Assembly: GCA_051650305.1 (NCBI GenBank)
Contig: JBOFIT010000111.1
Coordinates: 39,782 to 103,781, forward strand
DNA length: 64,000 bases
Source of the DNA: Cellulosilyticaceae bacterium
GTDB lineage: Bacteria; Bacillota; Clostridia; Lachnospirales; Cellulosilyticaceae
Direction: 5' to 3'
Shown here piece by piece: positions 1 through 8,958 of the stretch; within the stretch, counting starts at the first letter, position 1; each line of letters starts with the position of its first letter. The position numbers and the translations under genes are program-made. Under the pieces are notes generated by a model. It was given only the letters and a program-made list of their open reading frames with translations. It ran no database searches and was not told where the DNA came from.

Positions 1-57
1 ATTGGCGAAGATCACAATGTGGCATGTCACCTATACGATGTAAAGGAGGGGAAATAA
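1..57 (+). CDS. Oligopeptide/dipeptide ABC transporter ATP-binding protein, C-terminal end (5' part outside window)
   Basis: Frame 1 reads IGEDHNVACHLYDVKEGK then TAA at 55-57. This tail parallels the C-terminus of the next gene ([14 protein letters not shown]), as expected for an OppD/OppF paralogue pair. Confidence 0.6.
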   Translation: MGEDHNVACHLYDVKEGK

Positions 58-1044
58 ATGGCAGAGCATAAGTCAGAAAACATATTAGAAGTAAAAGAAC
101 TTAAGAAGTATTTCCCTATTAAAGCGGGATTATTACAACGTACGGCAGGTCACGTTAAAGCGGTAGATGGCATCTCTTTTAACATCAAAAAAGGGACGAC
201 ATTTGGGCTAGTAGGTGAGTCAGGCTGTGGTAAAACAACAGTTGGACGTACACTTCTTCGTCTTCAAGAAAACTCAGGTGGAAGCGTTGTATTCGATGAT
301 AAAGATGTCTTCAAGCTTAGCACAAAAGAGCTTCGTCGCATTCGTCCACAGATGCAACTTATCTTCCAAGATCCATACAGTTCATTAAGTCCACGTATGC
401 CAGTCGGTGAAATCATCGGTGAAGCGGTACGTGAGCATAATATCGTACCAAAAGAAGAAATTCGTAGTTACGTTATGAAGATTATGGAAGAATGTGGGCT
501 TCAACCACACCATATCGATCGTTACCCACACGAATTCTCAGGTGGTCAAAGACAACGTATCTGTATTGCACGTGCAGTTGCACTTCAACCAAAGATTATC
601 GTTGCTGATGAGCCAGTATCTGCACTTGACGTATCCATTCAAGCACAGATTATCAACCTTCTTATGGACCTTCAAAAAGAGCATGATTTAAGTTACCTTT
701 TCATCTCTCATGACCTTAGTGTTGTAGAGCATATCGCAGATGAAGTAGGGGTTATGTACCTTGGAAACTTAGTAGAGAAGGCTTCAACAGAAGAATTATT
801 CAAAAATCCATTACATCCATACACAAAAGCTTTATTTAGTGCAGTACCTGTACCAGACCCAACGGTGAAGATGAACCGTATCATCCTTGAAGGGGATATT
901 CCATCGCCAGCAAACCCACCAAAAGGTTGCAAATTCCATACAAGATGTAGAGAATGTATGGACATTTGTAAGACAGTTGCACCAGAATACAAAGAACATG
1001 GTGCAGACCACTTTGTGGCATGTCACCTTTATGACAACAAATAA
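58..1044 (+). CDS. oppF: Oligopeptide/dipeptide ABC transporter ATP-binding protein
   Basis: Walker [13 protein letters not shown] signature FSGGQRQR and Walker B IIVADEP. C-terminal oligopeptide-type extension with [18 protein letters not shown] lies upstream of the ATG. Confidence 0.88.
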   Translation: MAEHKSENILEVKELKKYFPIKAGLLQRTAGHVKAVDGISFNIKKGTTFGLVGESGCGKTTVGRTLLRLQENSGGSVVFDDKDVFKLSTKELRRIRPQMQLIFQDPYSSLSPRMPVGEIIGEAVREHNIVPKEEIRSYVMKIMEECGLQPHHIDRYPHEFSGGQRQRICIARAVALQPKIIVADEPVSALDVSIQAQIINLLMDLQKEHDLSYLFISHDLSVVEHIADEVGVMYLGNLVEKASTEELFKNPLHPYTKALFSAVPVPDPTVKMNRIILEGDIPSPANPPKGCKFHTRCRECMDICKTVAPEYKEHGADHFVACHLYDNK

Positions 1045-1046
1045 GT

Positions 1047-1325
1047 ATGGCAAGAAAAAAGAAACAACCTTTTGTGGATGATGGACGTACGATAGCAAAT
1101 ATGAACGTACCAGGTATGCCTTGGTATTTAGATGGGCCAAAAGTTCAGACAGATAAGACAGAAGGCGAACAGCAAGAAGATACCTTAGCTGACATGGAAC
1201 TTACAAAAGGTGAAAGAAGAGCCATGATTAAGGGTGCACTTGCAGCAGTCCTACCAATAGGGGCATTTTTTGCAATAGCTTATACCCTCATCTTACTGTT
1301 TATAGATTTTGTATGGCTTTCTTAA
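1047..1325 (+). CDS. Hypothetical small tail-anchored membrane protein
   Basis: 92-aa ORF starting 2 nt after the oppF stop. Charged N-terminal region and one C-terminal hydrophobic helix (ALAAVLPIGAFFAIAYTLILLFIDFVW). Followed by a terminator. No clear SD. Confidence 0.45.
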   Translation: MARKKKQPFVDDGRTIANMNVPGMPWYLDGPKVQTDKTEGEQQEDTLADMELTKGERRAMIKGALAAVLPIGAFFAIAYTLILLFIDFVWLS

Positions 1326-1331
1326 AGAAGC

Positions 1332-1376
1332 GTGAGCGTAGTTTACACAGTGTGTAAGCTACGCTCATTCTTTTTG
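1332..1376 (+). terminator. Rho-independent terminator after the opp-linked small ORF
   Basis: Stem TGAGCGTAG (1333-1341) pairs with CTACGCTCA (1359-1367), followed by TTCTTTTT. Confidence 0.7.
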
Positions 1377-1457
1377 TCGAACAAAAAAATAATGATGGCG
1401 AAAAATGTATGGATATAGTATAATAAATGTGATTTTTTAGACAAAAAAGGAGACGGT

Positions 1458-3002
1458 ATGGGGAAGATGGGGCAGAAACATTTTTTTGTGACTGGAGAGA
1501 AGGGTGTCGGTAAATCCACACTGTTAAGAGAAGTGATACAAGAGCTTGGATTAGAAGGAGAGATTCAGGGGTTTGTCACCTTACCTTATTATGAAGGGGA
1601 TAGACGCGGGGGCTTTTACTTACATAGCATCGGTGCAATCGAAGACAATGATCAGCCCATATCCTCACAGCCTACTGATACGACTTGTGTGCCCATCCTA
1701 GAAACTTTCGAGTCTTTAGGGGTGGCGACGTTACAGCAAGCCAGAAGAGCAAGTGATGAATGGATACTCATGGATGAGCTGGGGGTTTTAGAAAGTGGAG
1801 CTAAGTGTTTCAGAGCGGAAGTCATAAGGTGTCTTGAATCATCTAAGCACGTGCTAGGTGTACTGAAGGCGAAGCCACATCCGTTTCTAGAGAGCATCAA
1901 GGAACGTGAAGATACGAAGGTTTATGAAGTGACGAGTTATAATCGTAGCGAGGTGAAAGAGGCGATGAAAAAAAGAATAGGTATTTTGTTAGTAGGTATT
2001 TTATTAGTGGGAAGCCTTGGGGGATGTACACCTAAAGTAGAGAAAGAGGTCGTGGAAGTACAAGAAGCAGCAGCGTATCCACGTACGGTTACAGACCAGA
2101 TGGGAAGAGAAGTGACCATAGAGAAAGCGCCGGAGCGCATTGTGTCATCGTATTATATCGCTTCATCATTGCTGATTGCCTTAGGGGCAGAAGAGCGTGT
2201 GGTGGGGATCGAGATGAAAGCGGATACCCGTGAGATTTATAAGCTGGCGGCACCGCAATTTTTAGAACTACCAGCTGTAGGGAATAGCAAGACCATCAAT
2301 GTAGAAGAATGCTTGGCTCTAGATGCGGACTTGGTCATTATCCCTACCCGCTTAAAGGAATTCATACCGCAATTAGAAGCGTTAAACATACCTGTAATGG
2401 TAGTAGAGCCAGAAAGCATCGAGGCATTCTTAGCTTGCGTAGAACTTGTAGGTATAGCTATTAATGAAGAAGATAAGGCGGCAGAGCTTATAGACTACCA
2501 TCACGAGGTCATGGCAGAAGCTAAGGCTTTGACCGAACAAGTGGAGAAAAGGCCACGTGTATACTTAGCGGGAAGTGGCGAGCTTTTACGTACATGTACA
2601 GCTAGGATGTATCAGCATAGTCTCATAGAGATGGCAGGTGGCGAGAATGTATCGGCTACATTAGAGGAAGATTACTGGGTGAATATCTCACCAGAGCAGC
2701 TATTGGCATGGAATCCAGAAGTAATCTATGCAGTAAGCTATGCGGACTATGGACTAGATGCCATCACGGAAGATGGGAAGTATGGTACCCTTGAGGCAGT
2801 GAAAAATGGTGACGTCTATACGTTCCCATCAAGCATTGAACCATGGGATTATCCGACGCCTTCTTCAGCCTTAGGGATTTTCTGGACGATACATAATCTT
2901 CATCCAGCACTTTTTAGCAGAGAGTCTTATGTGGAAGAAGCACAGAGATTTTATGAAGATTTCTATGACGTACAGGTATCTGAAGAAGCCCTCGGCTTAT
3001 GA
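1458..3002 (+). CDS. THEP1-like P-loop NTPase domain fused in frame to a lipoprotein-type ABC substrate-binding protein (iron-siderophore/cobalamin, BtuF/FhuD-like)
   Basis: N-terminal part has FFVTGEKGVGKSTLL (Walker A) and WILMDELG (Walker B-like). From residue 170 comes MKKRIGILLVGILLVGSLGGC (lipobox), then a periplasmic-binding-protein-like domain. No stop codon separates the two parts. RBS AAGGAG precedes 1458. An internal ATG at 1965 has GAGGTG upstream. Confidence 0.7.
   Translation: MGKMGQKHFFVTGEKGVGKSTLLREVIQELGLEGEIQGFVTLPYYEGDRRGGFYLHSIGAIEDNDQPISSQPTDTTCVPILETFESLGVATLQQARRASDEWILMDELGVLESGAKCFRAEVIRCLESSKHVLGVLKAKPHPFLESIKEREDTKVYEVTSYNRSEVKEAMKKRIGILLVGILLVGSLGGCTPKVEKEVVEVQEAAAYPRTVTDQMGREVTIEKAPERIVSSYYIASSLLIALGAEERVVGIEMKADTREIYKLAAPQFLELPAVGNSKTINVEECLALDADLVIIPTRLKEFIPQLEALNIPVMVVEPESIEAFLACVELVGIAINEEDKAAELIDYHHEVMAEAKALTEQVEKRPRVYLAGSGELLRTCTARMYQHSLIEMAGGENVSATLEEDYWVNISPEQLLAWNPEVIYAVSYADYGLDAITEDGKYGTLEAVKNGDVYTFPSSIEPWDYPTPSSALGIFWTIHNLHPALFSRESYVEEAQRFYEDFYDVQVSEEALGL
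1980..2009 (+). repeat. Tandem 15-bp duplication inside the signal-peptide coding region
   Basis: GGTATTTTGTTAGTA followed by GGTATTTTATTAGTG (13/15 identical), encoding GILLV-GILLV. Confidence 0.8.
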
Positions 3003-3988
3003 GAAAAAAAGAATGCCTCTTAAGCCTTATAGCTGTGATGCTGGTCATCATCAGTGTAGGGATAGGGCGGTATCACTTAACCTTTTCAGAGGTGATACAA
3101 GCACTTCTAGGCATAGGAGCGGAGGAGCGAGTACATACGCTGGTGTATCAGATACGCTTGCCACGAATTGTGATGGTAGGCTTAAGTGGTATGGCACTAG
3201 GACTTTCGGGACTTGTGTACCAAAAGCTTTTTAGAAATCCCTTGGTATCACCAGACTTACTAGGGGCTAGCTCAGGGGCTTCACTTGGAGCGGCAGTAGG
3301 CATCGTTCTAGGTGGGCAGATAAGTGGTAGCGTCGCAGTAAGTGCTTTTGGTGGTAGCTTGCTAGCAGTCGGTATGACTTTGTATTTGGCAAGGTATGTA
3401 CGAGGTGCGACATTGGGCTTGGTGCTAGCAGGCATCGTAACCACGGCACTTAGTGGGTCACTTCTGATGATGGTGAAGGTACTAGCTGACCCGTATAAGA
3501 GTTTGCCGACCATTGAGTTTTGGCTTATGGGGGGCTTTTATAATGCCAGCTGGAAAGGCATAGCTGTGGTGATGCTTTGCGTGATTGTAGGCGCGGGTAT
3601 TTGCTTTGTATTAGCCTTCCAATTAAAGCTACTGACCGTAGGAGATGAGGTGGTAAAGACCCTTGGTATGCCAGTAAAGGTGATGCGATATAGCCTTATA
3701 GGTGCAGCTACACTGTTAGTAGCAAGTGTCATCGCTATGAATGGCCTTGTGAGTTGGATTGGTCTTCTAGCACCACACGTTGCTAGGCTTTACATAGGCA
3801 AGCGTACAACAGCGACTATCTATGGTGAGATGCGTATGTGTATGGCATGGGGAGGTATCATTTTGTTGGTAGCAGATACTTTGTGCCGTACACTTTTTCC
3901 GATAGAACTACCCATTAGTGTGATGACGTCTTTGATGGGCGGCATCTTGCTTGGGTGTTTACTTATAAAGCAACATAAAGAGCAATAA
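2999..3988 (+). CDS. FecCD-family ABC transporter permease (iron-chelate/cobalamin type)
   Basis: RLPRIVMVGLSGMALGLSGLVYQKLFRNPLVSPDLLGASSGASLGAA is typical of FecCD/BtuC. Multi-pass hydrophobic protein. ATGA start/stop overlap with the upstream gene. Confidence 0.9.
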   Translation: MRKKECLLSLIAVMLVIISVGIGRYHLTFSEVIQALLGIGAEERVHTLVYQIRLPRIVMVGLSGMALGLSGLVYQKLFRNPLVSPDLLGASSGASLGAAVGIVLGGQISGSVAVSAFGGSLLAVGMTLYLARYVRGATLGLVLAGIVTTALSGSLLMMVKVLADPYKSLPTIEFWLMGGFYNASWKGIAVVMLCVIVGAGICFVLAFQLKLLTVGDEVVKTLGMPVKVMRYSLIGAATLLVASVIAMNGLVSWIGLLAPHVARLYIGKRTTATIYGEMRMCMAWGGIILLVADTLCRTLFPIELPISVMTSLMGGILLGCLLIKQHKEQ

Positions 3989-4023
3989 TCACAACAAAAT
4001 CAGCAACTAAAGGAGGCTTTCAA

Positions 4024-4821
4024 GTGTTTACAATTAAAAATTATGTGGTGGCTTCAAACTTAGAAGAAGCTTATGAATTACTCACTAAAAATCGCCAAAA
4101 CAAAGTATTAGGTGGTACCATGTGGATGCGTATGGGTAACAAAAGCATTCAGACTGCCATCGACTTAAGTGGCTTAGGTTTAGATACAATTGAAGAGACA
4201 GAAACGACTATTGAGATTGGTGCTATGTGTACCCTTAGACAAGTGGAGACACATCCTACACTTATACAGTACCTTGGGGGAATCTTACCGAAGAGTGTGT
4301 CAAGCATTGTAGGGGTTCAATTTAGAAACACAGCGACAATAGGTGGCAGTGTCTACAGCCGTTTTGGTTTTTCAGATGTACTGACAGCACTCCTTGGGAT
4401 GGATGCATATGTGGAGCTGTATAAAGGTGGTAAAGTAGCTTTAAAAGACTTTATGGACATGCCTTATACCAAGGACATCGTGGTGAAAATCATCATCGCA
4501 AAAGAAACAGGTCGTGGGCAGTACGTTACAGAGCGTATGAGTGCTACGGATTTACCGATTCTGACTGTATGTGTAACGAAAAGTGGTAGTGACTATCGTA
4601 TCGTAGTAGGGGCAAGACCAAGTCGTGCAAGACTTGCTGAAGAAGCGATGGCATACCTGAGTGATTATAGATGTGAGATGACAGAAGAAGTCTACGAGAA
4701 AGCGGCAACATTAGTGGTAGAAGAACTCAGCTTTGCATCGAATATGCGAGGGTCAGAGGGATACCGTGAAAAGCTAGCAAAGGTACTTGTAAAACGTGCA
4801 TTAAAGGAACTGGAGGATTAA
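4024..4821 (+). CDS. Xanthine dehydrogenase family, FAD-binding subunit (CoxM/XdhB-like)
   Basis: GTG start 6 nt after AAAGGAGG. GGTMWMRMG and TIGGSVY motifs of the molybdopterin-dehydrogenase FAD-binding domain. First gene of a three-subunit set. Confidence 0.85.
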   Translation: MFTIKNYVVASNLEEAYELLTKNRQNKVLGGTMWMRMGNKSIQTAIDLSGLGLDTIEETETTIEIGAMCTLRQVETHPTLIQYLGGILPKSVSSIVGVQFRNTATIGGSVYSRFGFSDVLTALLGMDAYVELYKGGKVALKDFMDMPYTKDIVVKIIIAKETGRGQYVTERMSATDLPILTVCVTKSGSDYRIVVGARPSRARLAEEAMAYLSDYRCEMTEEVYEKAATLVVEELSFASNMRGSEGYREKLAKVLVKRALKELED

Positions 4822-5286
4822 ATGATGGTAGAGTTAAAACTATGGATTAATGAGAAGCTTTATGAAGATCGTATCGAAGCGGATACAACACTTTTTGATT
4901 ACTTAAGAAGTAAAGGCATGAAAAGTGTCAAGTGTGGTTGTGATACCACTAACTGTGGCTTATGTACTGTATGGGTAGATGGCAAGTCAGTGCTTTCATG
5001 CTCAGTGCTTGCAGTACGTGTGGCAGGTAAGCGCATTACAACTTTAGAAGGTATCCAGGAAGAAGCAGAAGCTTTCGGTGCATTCTTAGCAGCCGAAGGC
5101 GCGGAGCAGTGCGGTTTCTGTAGTCCAGGGTTTGTGATGAATCTCTTTGCGATGAAGCGTGAGCTTAGTGAGCCAACAGAAGAAGAGATTAAAGCGTATC
5201 TCGCAGGAAACCTTTGTCGTTGTACAGGCTATATGGGACAAATGCGTGCAATCAAAAAATATCTTGCAGCGTGTAAGGAGGCATAA
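4822..5286 (+). CDS. Xanthine dehydrogenase family, (2Fe-2S)-binding small subunit
   Basis: CGCDTTNCGLCTV and CGFCSPG...CRCTGY cysteine clusters of the two [2Fe-2S] domains. Confidence 0.9.
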   Translation: MMVELKLWINEKLYEDRIEADTTLFDYLRSKGMKSVKCGCDTTNCGLCTVWVDGKSVLSCSVLAVRVAGKRITTLEGIQEEAEAFGAFLAAEGAEQCGFCSPGFVMNLFAMKRELSEPTEEEIKAYLAGNLCRCTGYMGQMRAIKKYLAACKEA

Positions 5287-5288
5287 GG

Positions 5289-7565
5289 ATGAAACAAGTA
5301 GGAAAAGGGATCGTCAAATTAGATGCAAAAGCTTTAGTGACAGGCAAACCAGTTTATACAGATGACATTGCACCAGAGAGCTGTCTCCTAGTAAAAGTAC
5401 TTCGTAGCCCTCATGCTTATGCACGTATTCAGTCAATTAATACGACCATTGCAGAGAAGGTGCCAGGCATAGAGTGTATCCTTACATATAAAGATGCACC
5501 AAAGAATCGCTTTACCATGGCAGGCCAATCTTATCCTGAGCCAAGTCCATATGACCGCCTCATCTTAGACGAGTATGTACGTTATGTAGGGGACCCCGTA
5601 GCAATCGTTGCAGGTACAGATGAAAAAGCGCTTAACCGTGCCATGAAGCTTATCAAAGTAGGCTACGAAATCTTAGAGCCAGTACTTGACTTTGAAAAAG
5701 CCATGGAGCATCCAAGCCGTATCCATATGGAAGAAGATTACCATGTGAACTTCCCGATAGGGAATGATGTGGCACGTAACCTTTGTTCAAGTGAAGGTTT
5801 CACACATGGGGATGTGGATGAAGTGATGGCGACATGTGATGTGGTCGTAGAAGAAAAGTACCATACAAAAGCCAATGCACAAGCTATGATGGAAACCTTC
5901 AGAACCTATACGTATCTTGATTATAATGGACGTCTCAATATCGTGACAGCCACACAGATTCCATTCCATGTACGTCGTATTCTTGCACGTGCATTAGATC
6001 TACCGAAGAGTCGTGTGAGAGTGATCAAGCCACGTATCGGTGGTGGCTTTGGTGCGAAGCAGACAGTGGTAAGTGAGATTTTCCCAGCGTTAGTAACCAT
6101 CAAGACAGGTAAGCCAGCAAAGATGATCTTTACACGTACAGAGACTTTTATGGCATCCACAAGTCGTCATGAAATGCAAGTAAGTGTTAAGCTTGGTGCA
6201 GACAAAGAAGGGAATATCAAGGCTATTGATATGTATACCTTATCTAATACAGGTGCTTATGGTGAGCATGGGCCAACGACTGTAGGTCTATCAGGTCATA
6301 AAACGATGTCGCTTTATAATAAAGCAGAGGCATGCCGTTTTGGATGTCACGTTGTGTATACAAACACCATGTCAGCAGGTGCTTTCAGAGGTTATGGTGC
6401 GACACAAGGTACTTTCGCGCTGGAGTCAGCGGTGAATCAATTAGCAGCGAAGCTCGGTATGGACCCTATCGCTCTACGTCGTAAAAATATGCTAGAAGTT
6501 GGGGAAAGCCTGAACGCTTACTACGGCGAGGTGCTCCAAAGCTGTACATTAGAACAATGTCTAGAAACAGGTAAACAGATGATTGATTGGGATAATAAAT
6601 ATCCAGCACGCCAAGTAGCACCAAACCGTGTGCGTGGTGTAGGGATGTCTATGACCATGCAAGGGTCTGGTATCTCAAGTATCGACATCGCATCAAGTCA
6701 GATTCGCTTAAATGATGATGGTTACTATACACTACTCATTGGTGCTACCGACATGGGTACAGGATGTGATACAATCCTTGCACAGATGGCAGCAGAATGC
6801 TTGGAGTGTGAAGTAGATAAGATTGTGGTAAATGGTGTTGATACAGACCAATCACCATACGATACAGGGTCTTATGCATCCAGTACCACTTATGTGACAG
6901 GTATGAGTGTGATCAAAGCCTGTGAAGAACTGAAAGAGAAGATGCTAGCAGAAGCTGGTAAGATGCTAGATGTACCAGTAGAAGCACTACTCTTTGAAGG
7001 TGAGACAATCGGGACAGAAGACGGTGAGAAGACACTTACAATTGATGCACTTGCTCAAGGTTCAGTAGTAGGTGACCATCAAGTACTTGTAGGCAATGGT
7101 GCTCATTCAAGCCCTACTTCACCACCACCATTTATGGTAGGCTTCGCTGAAGTAGAGGTAGATACAGAGACAGGACATATCGACCTTATTGACTATGTAG
7201 GTGTGGTAGACTGCGGTACAGTCATCAATAAAAACTTAGCAACCATCCAAGCAGAAGGTGGGATTGCTCAAGGAATCGGTATGGCACTGTATGAGGAGAT
7301 CAGTTATAGAAAAGACGGTAAGATGCAAAACAACAATTTCTTACAATACAAGATACCGACACGCCTCGATGTAGGGAATATCCGTGTAGCGTTCGAGAGT
7401 AGCTATGAACCTACAGGACCATTCGGCGCCAAGTCTATCGGAGAAGTAGTCATCAATACACCTTGTCCAGCTATTGCTCATGCGGTCTATAATGCATCAG
7501 GAGTATGGGTACGTACACTACCAATTACAGCTGAAAAAGTATTGATGGGTAAAAAAGAGGTGTAA
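5289..7565 (+). CDS. Xanthine dehydrogenase family, molybdopterin-binding large subunit
   Basis: 758 aa. GGGFGAK, AFRGYGATQG and GEVVINTPCPAIAHAVYNA motifs of aldehyde oxidase/xanthine dehydrogenase Moco subunits. Confidence 0.9.
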   Translation: MKQVGKGIVKLDAKALVTGKPVYTDDIAPESCLLVKVLRSPHAYARIQSINTTIAEKVPGIECILTYKDAPKNRFTMAGQSYPEPSPYDRLILDEYVRYVGDPVAIVAGTDEKALNRAMKLIKVGYEILEPVLDFEKAMEHPSRIHMEEDYHVNFPIGNDVARNLCSSEGFTHGDVDEVMATCDVVVEEKYHTKANAQAMMETFRTYTYLDYNGRLNIVTATQIPFHVRRILARALDLPKSRVRVIKPRIGGGFGAKQTVVSEIFPALVTIKTGKPAKMIFTRTETFMASTSRHEMQVSVKLGADKEGNIKAIDMYTLSNTGAYGEHGPTTVGLSGHKTMSLYNKAEACRFGCHVVYTNTMSAGAFRGYGATQGTFALESAVNQLAAKLGMDPIALRRKNMLEVGESLNAYYGEVLQSCTLEQCLETGKQMIDWDNKYPARQVAPNRVRGVGMSMTMQGSGISSIDIASSQIRLNDDGYYTLLIGATDMGTGCDTILAQMAAECLECEVDKIVVNGVDTDQSPYDTGSYASSTTYVTGMSVIKACEELKEKMLAEAGKMLDVPVEALLFEGETIGTEDGEKTLTIDALAQGSVVGDHQVLVGNGAHSSPTSPPPFMVGFAEVEVDTETGHIDLIDYVGVVDCGTVINKNLATIQAEGGIAQGIGMALYEEISYRKDGKMQNNNFLQYKIPTRLDVGNIRVAFESSYEPTGPFGAKSIGEVVINTPCPAIAHAVYNASGVWVRTLPITAEKVLMGKKEV

Positions 7566-7566
7566 G

Positions 7567-8145
7567 ATGAAAGTATGTGGCATTGTATTAGCAGCGGGCA
7601 AGAGTAGTCGCTTTGGCGAAAATAAATTAAAAACAAGACTAGCAGAAAAAAGTGTTTTAGAGTATACTTTAGAAAAGCTTGATACTTTAAATTTATGCCA
7701 GTGTATAGTTGTTGCCAATGCGGACACAATGCCACTGGTAGCAGCGCGAGAAGGTATACGCGTTGTATACAATGACTATCCGTCTTATGGAATCAGTTAT
7801 TCCATTCGATTAGCTTTGCAACAAGGAGATACGTATGATGCGTATCTCTTTGTTGTAGGGGACCAACCTTTGATGAAAGTAGAAACGATTCAAGGTTTGC
7901 TAGATGCGTATAAAGAAGAGCCATCTAGCATATGGGGGGTAGGCTATGAAGGCGTACTAGGCAACCCGATGATTTTCCCTAGCAAGTATAAGCCAGAGCT
8001 TATGCTACTAGAAGGAGATAGAGGCGGGAAAGCGCTACTAAAAAAGTATCATTTGCCTTATAAAACCTACACAGTCCAAGATGAGGAAGAGCTGTGGGAT
8101 ATGGATACACCAAAAGACTATGAACGTATAAAAGGGAGGATCTAG
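7567..8145 (+). CDS. MobA/MocA-like nucleotidyltransferase (probable molybdenum cofactor cytidylyltransferase)
   Basis: N-terminal [16 protein letters not shown]-transferase motif. Starts 1 nt after the Moco subunit gene. Confidence 0.8.
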   Translation: MKVCGIVLAAGKSSRFGENKLKTRLAEKSVLEYTLEKLDTLNLCQCIVVANADTMPLVAAREGIRVVYNDYPSYGISYSIRLALQQGDTYDAYLFVVGDQPLMKVETIQGLLDAYKEEPSSIWGVGYEGVLGNPMIFPSKYKPELMLLEGDRGGKALLKKYHLPYKTYTVQDEEELWDMDTPKDYERIKGRI

Positions 8146-8146
8146 C

Positions 8147-8728
8147 ATGGAATTACTTAGACAGAAAATACAAGAAGAAGGTACAGTAAAGCCAGGAAAT
8201 GTACTGAAAGTAGATAGCTTCTTGAATCATCAGATGGATATTCATCTCTTTAATGAAATGGGTAAAGCATTTAAAGAGCGTTTTAAAGACCAAAAAATCA
8301 CAAAGATACTTACAATAGAAGCATCAGGCATCGGGATTGCGTGTATCGTAGCACAGCATTTTGATGTACCTGTTGTTTTTGCAAAGAAGTCACAATCACT
8401 TAATTTAGATGGAGACTTATATACAAGTAGTGTCTTTTCTTATACACATCAGACAGAGTACAAAATTCGTGTATCGAAAAAGTTTATCGGTAGTGACGAT
8501 ACAGTCCTCATTATTGATGATTTCTTAGCTAATGGTAAAGCACTTATTGGGCTTATTGACATCGTAGGCCAATCAGGGGCTCAGTTAGCAGGATGTGGCA
8601 TTGCCATAGAGAAAGGCTTCCAAGGCGGTGGCGATATGCTAAGAAGAGATGGTGTACGTGTGGAATCTTTAGCAATCGTCGAATCTATGGACGATACAAG
8701 CTTAACCTTTAGAGTAGATAAAGCATAA
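8147..8728 (+). CDS. xpt: Xanthine phosphoribosyltransferase
   Basis: [14 protein letters not shown]...[11 protein letters not shown]-terminus and the PRPP-binding loop [13 protein letters not shown]. Confidence 0.9.
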   Translation: MELLRQKIQEEGTVKPGNVLKVDSFLNHQMDIHLFNEMGKAFKERFKDQKITKILTIEASGIGIACIVAQHFDVPVVFAKKSQSLNLDGDLYTSSVFSYTHQTEYKIRVSKKFIGSDDTVLIIDDFLANGKALIGLIDIVGQSGAQLAGCGIAIEKGFQGGGDMLRRDGVRVESLAIVESMDDTSLTFRVDKA

Positions 8729-8958
8729 GACCAATAAAGGCATTTTTCTACAAAATCAACCAAATTTTATAAAACATCTTCATTTATACCCATTTGAATG
8801 CGCTTATGCATACAATATATGGAATAGAAGAAGGTGTTTTTTTTATGAACTATAATAAAGAGGATATGAATATCAATGGTTATGCATAGACTGTATATAA
8901 AAAATACCTGCTTGTATAAGTTTAATAGTAACATATGTAAAAAGTGAGGTGGAAGAGT

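Noticed and set aside
1326-1457. Cobalamin riboswitch ahead of the BtuF/FecCD-like transporter genes
   Set aside because: Only 132 nt are available, and most are taken by the upstream terminator and an AT-rich promoter-like stretch. No B12-box-like GC-rich core is present.
3148-3513. 121-aa minus-strand ORF inside the FecCD permease gene
   Set aside because: It is the antisense reading of a GC-richer membrane-protein gene and has no independent support.
8129-8147. Purine riboswitch upstream of xpt
   Set aside because: xpt starts 1 nt after the mocA-like stop, so there is no leader.
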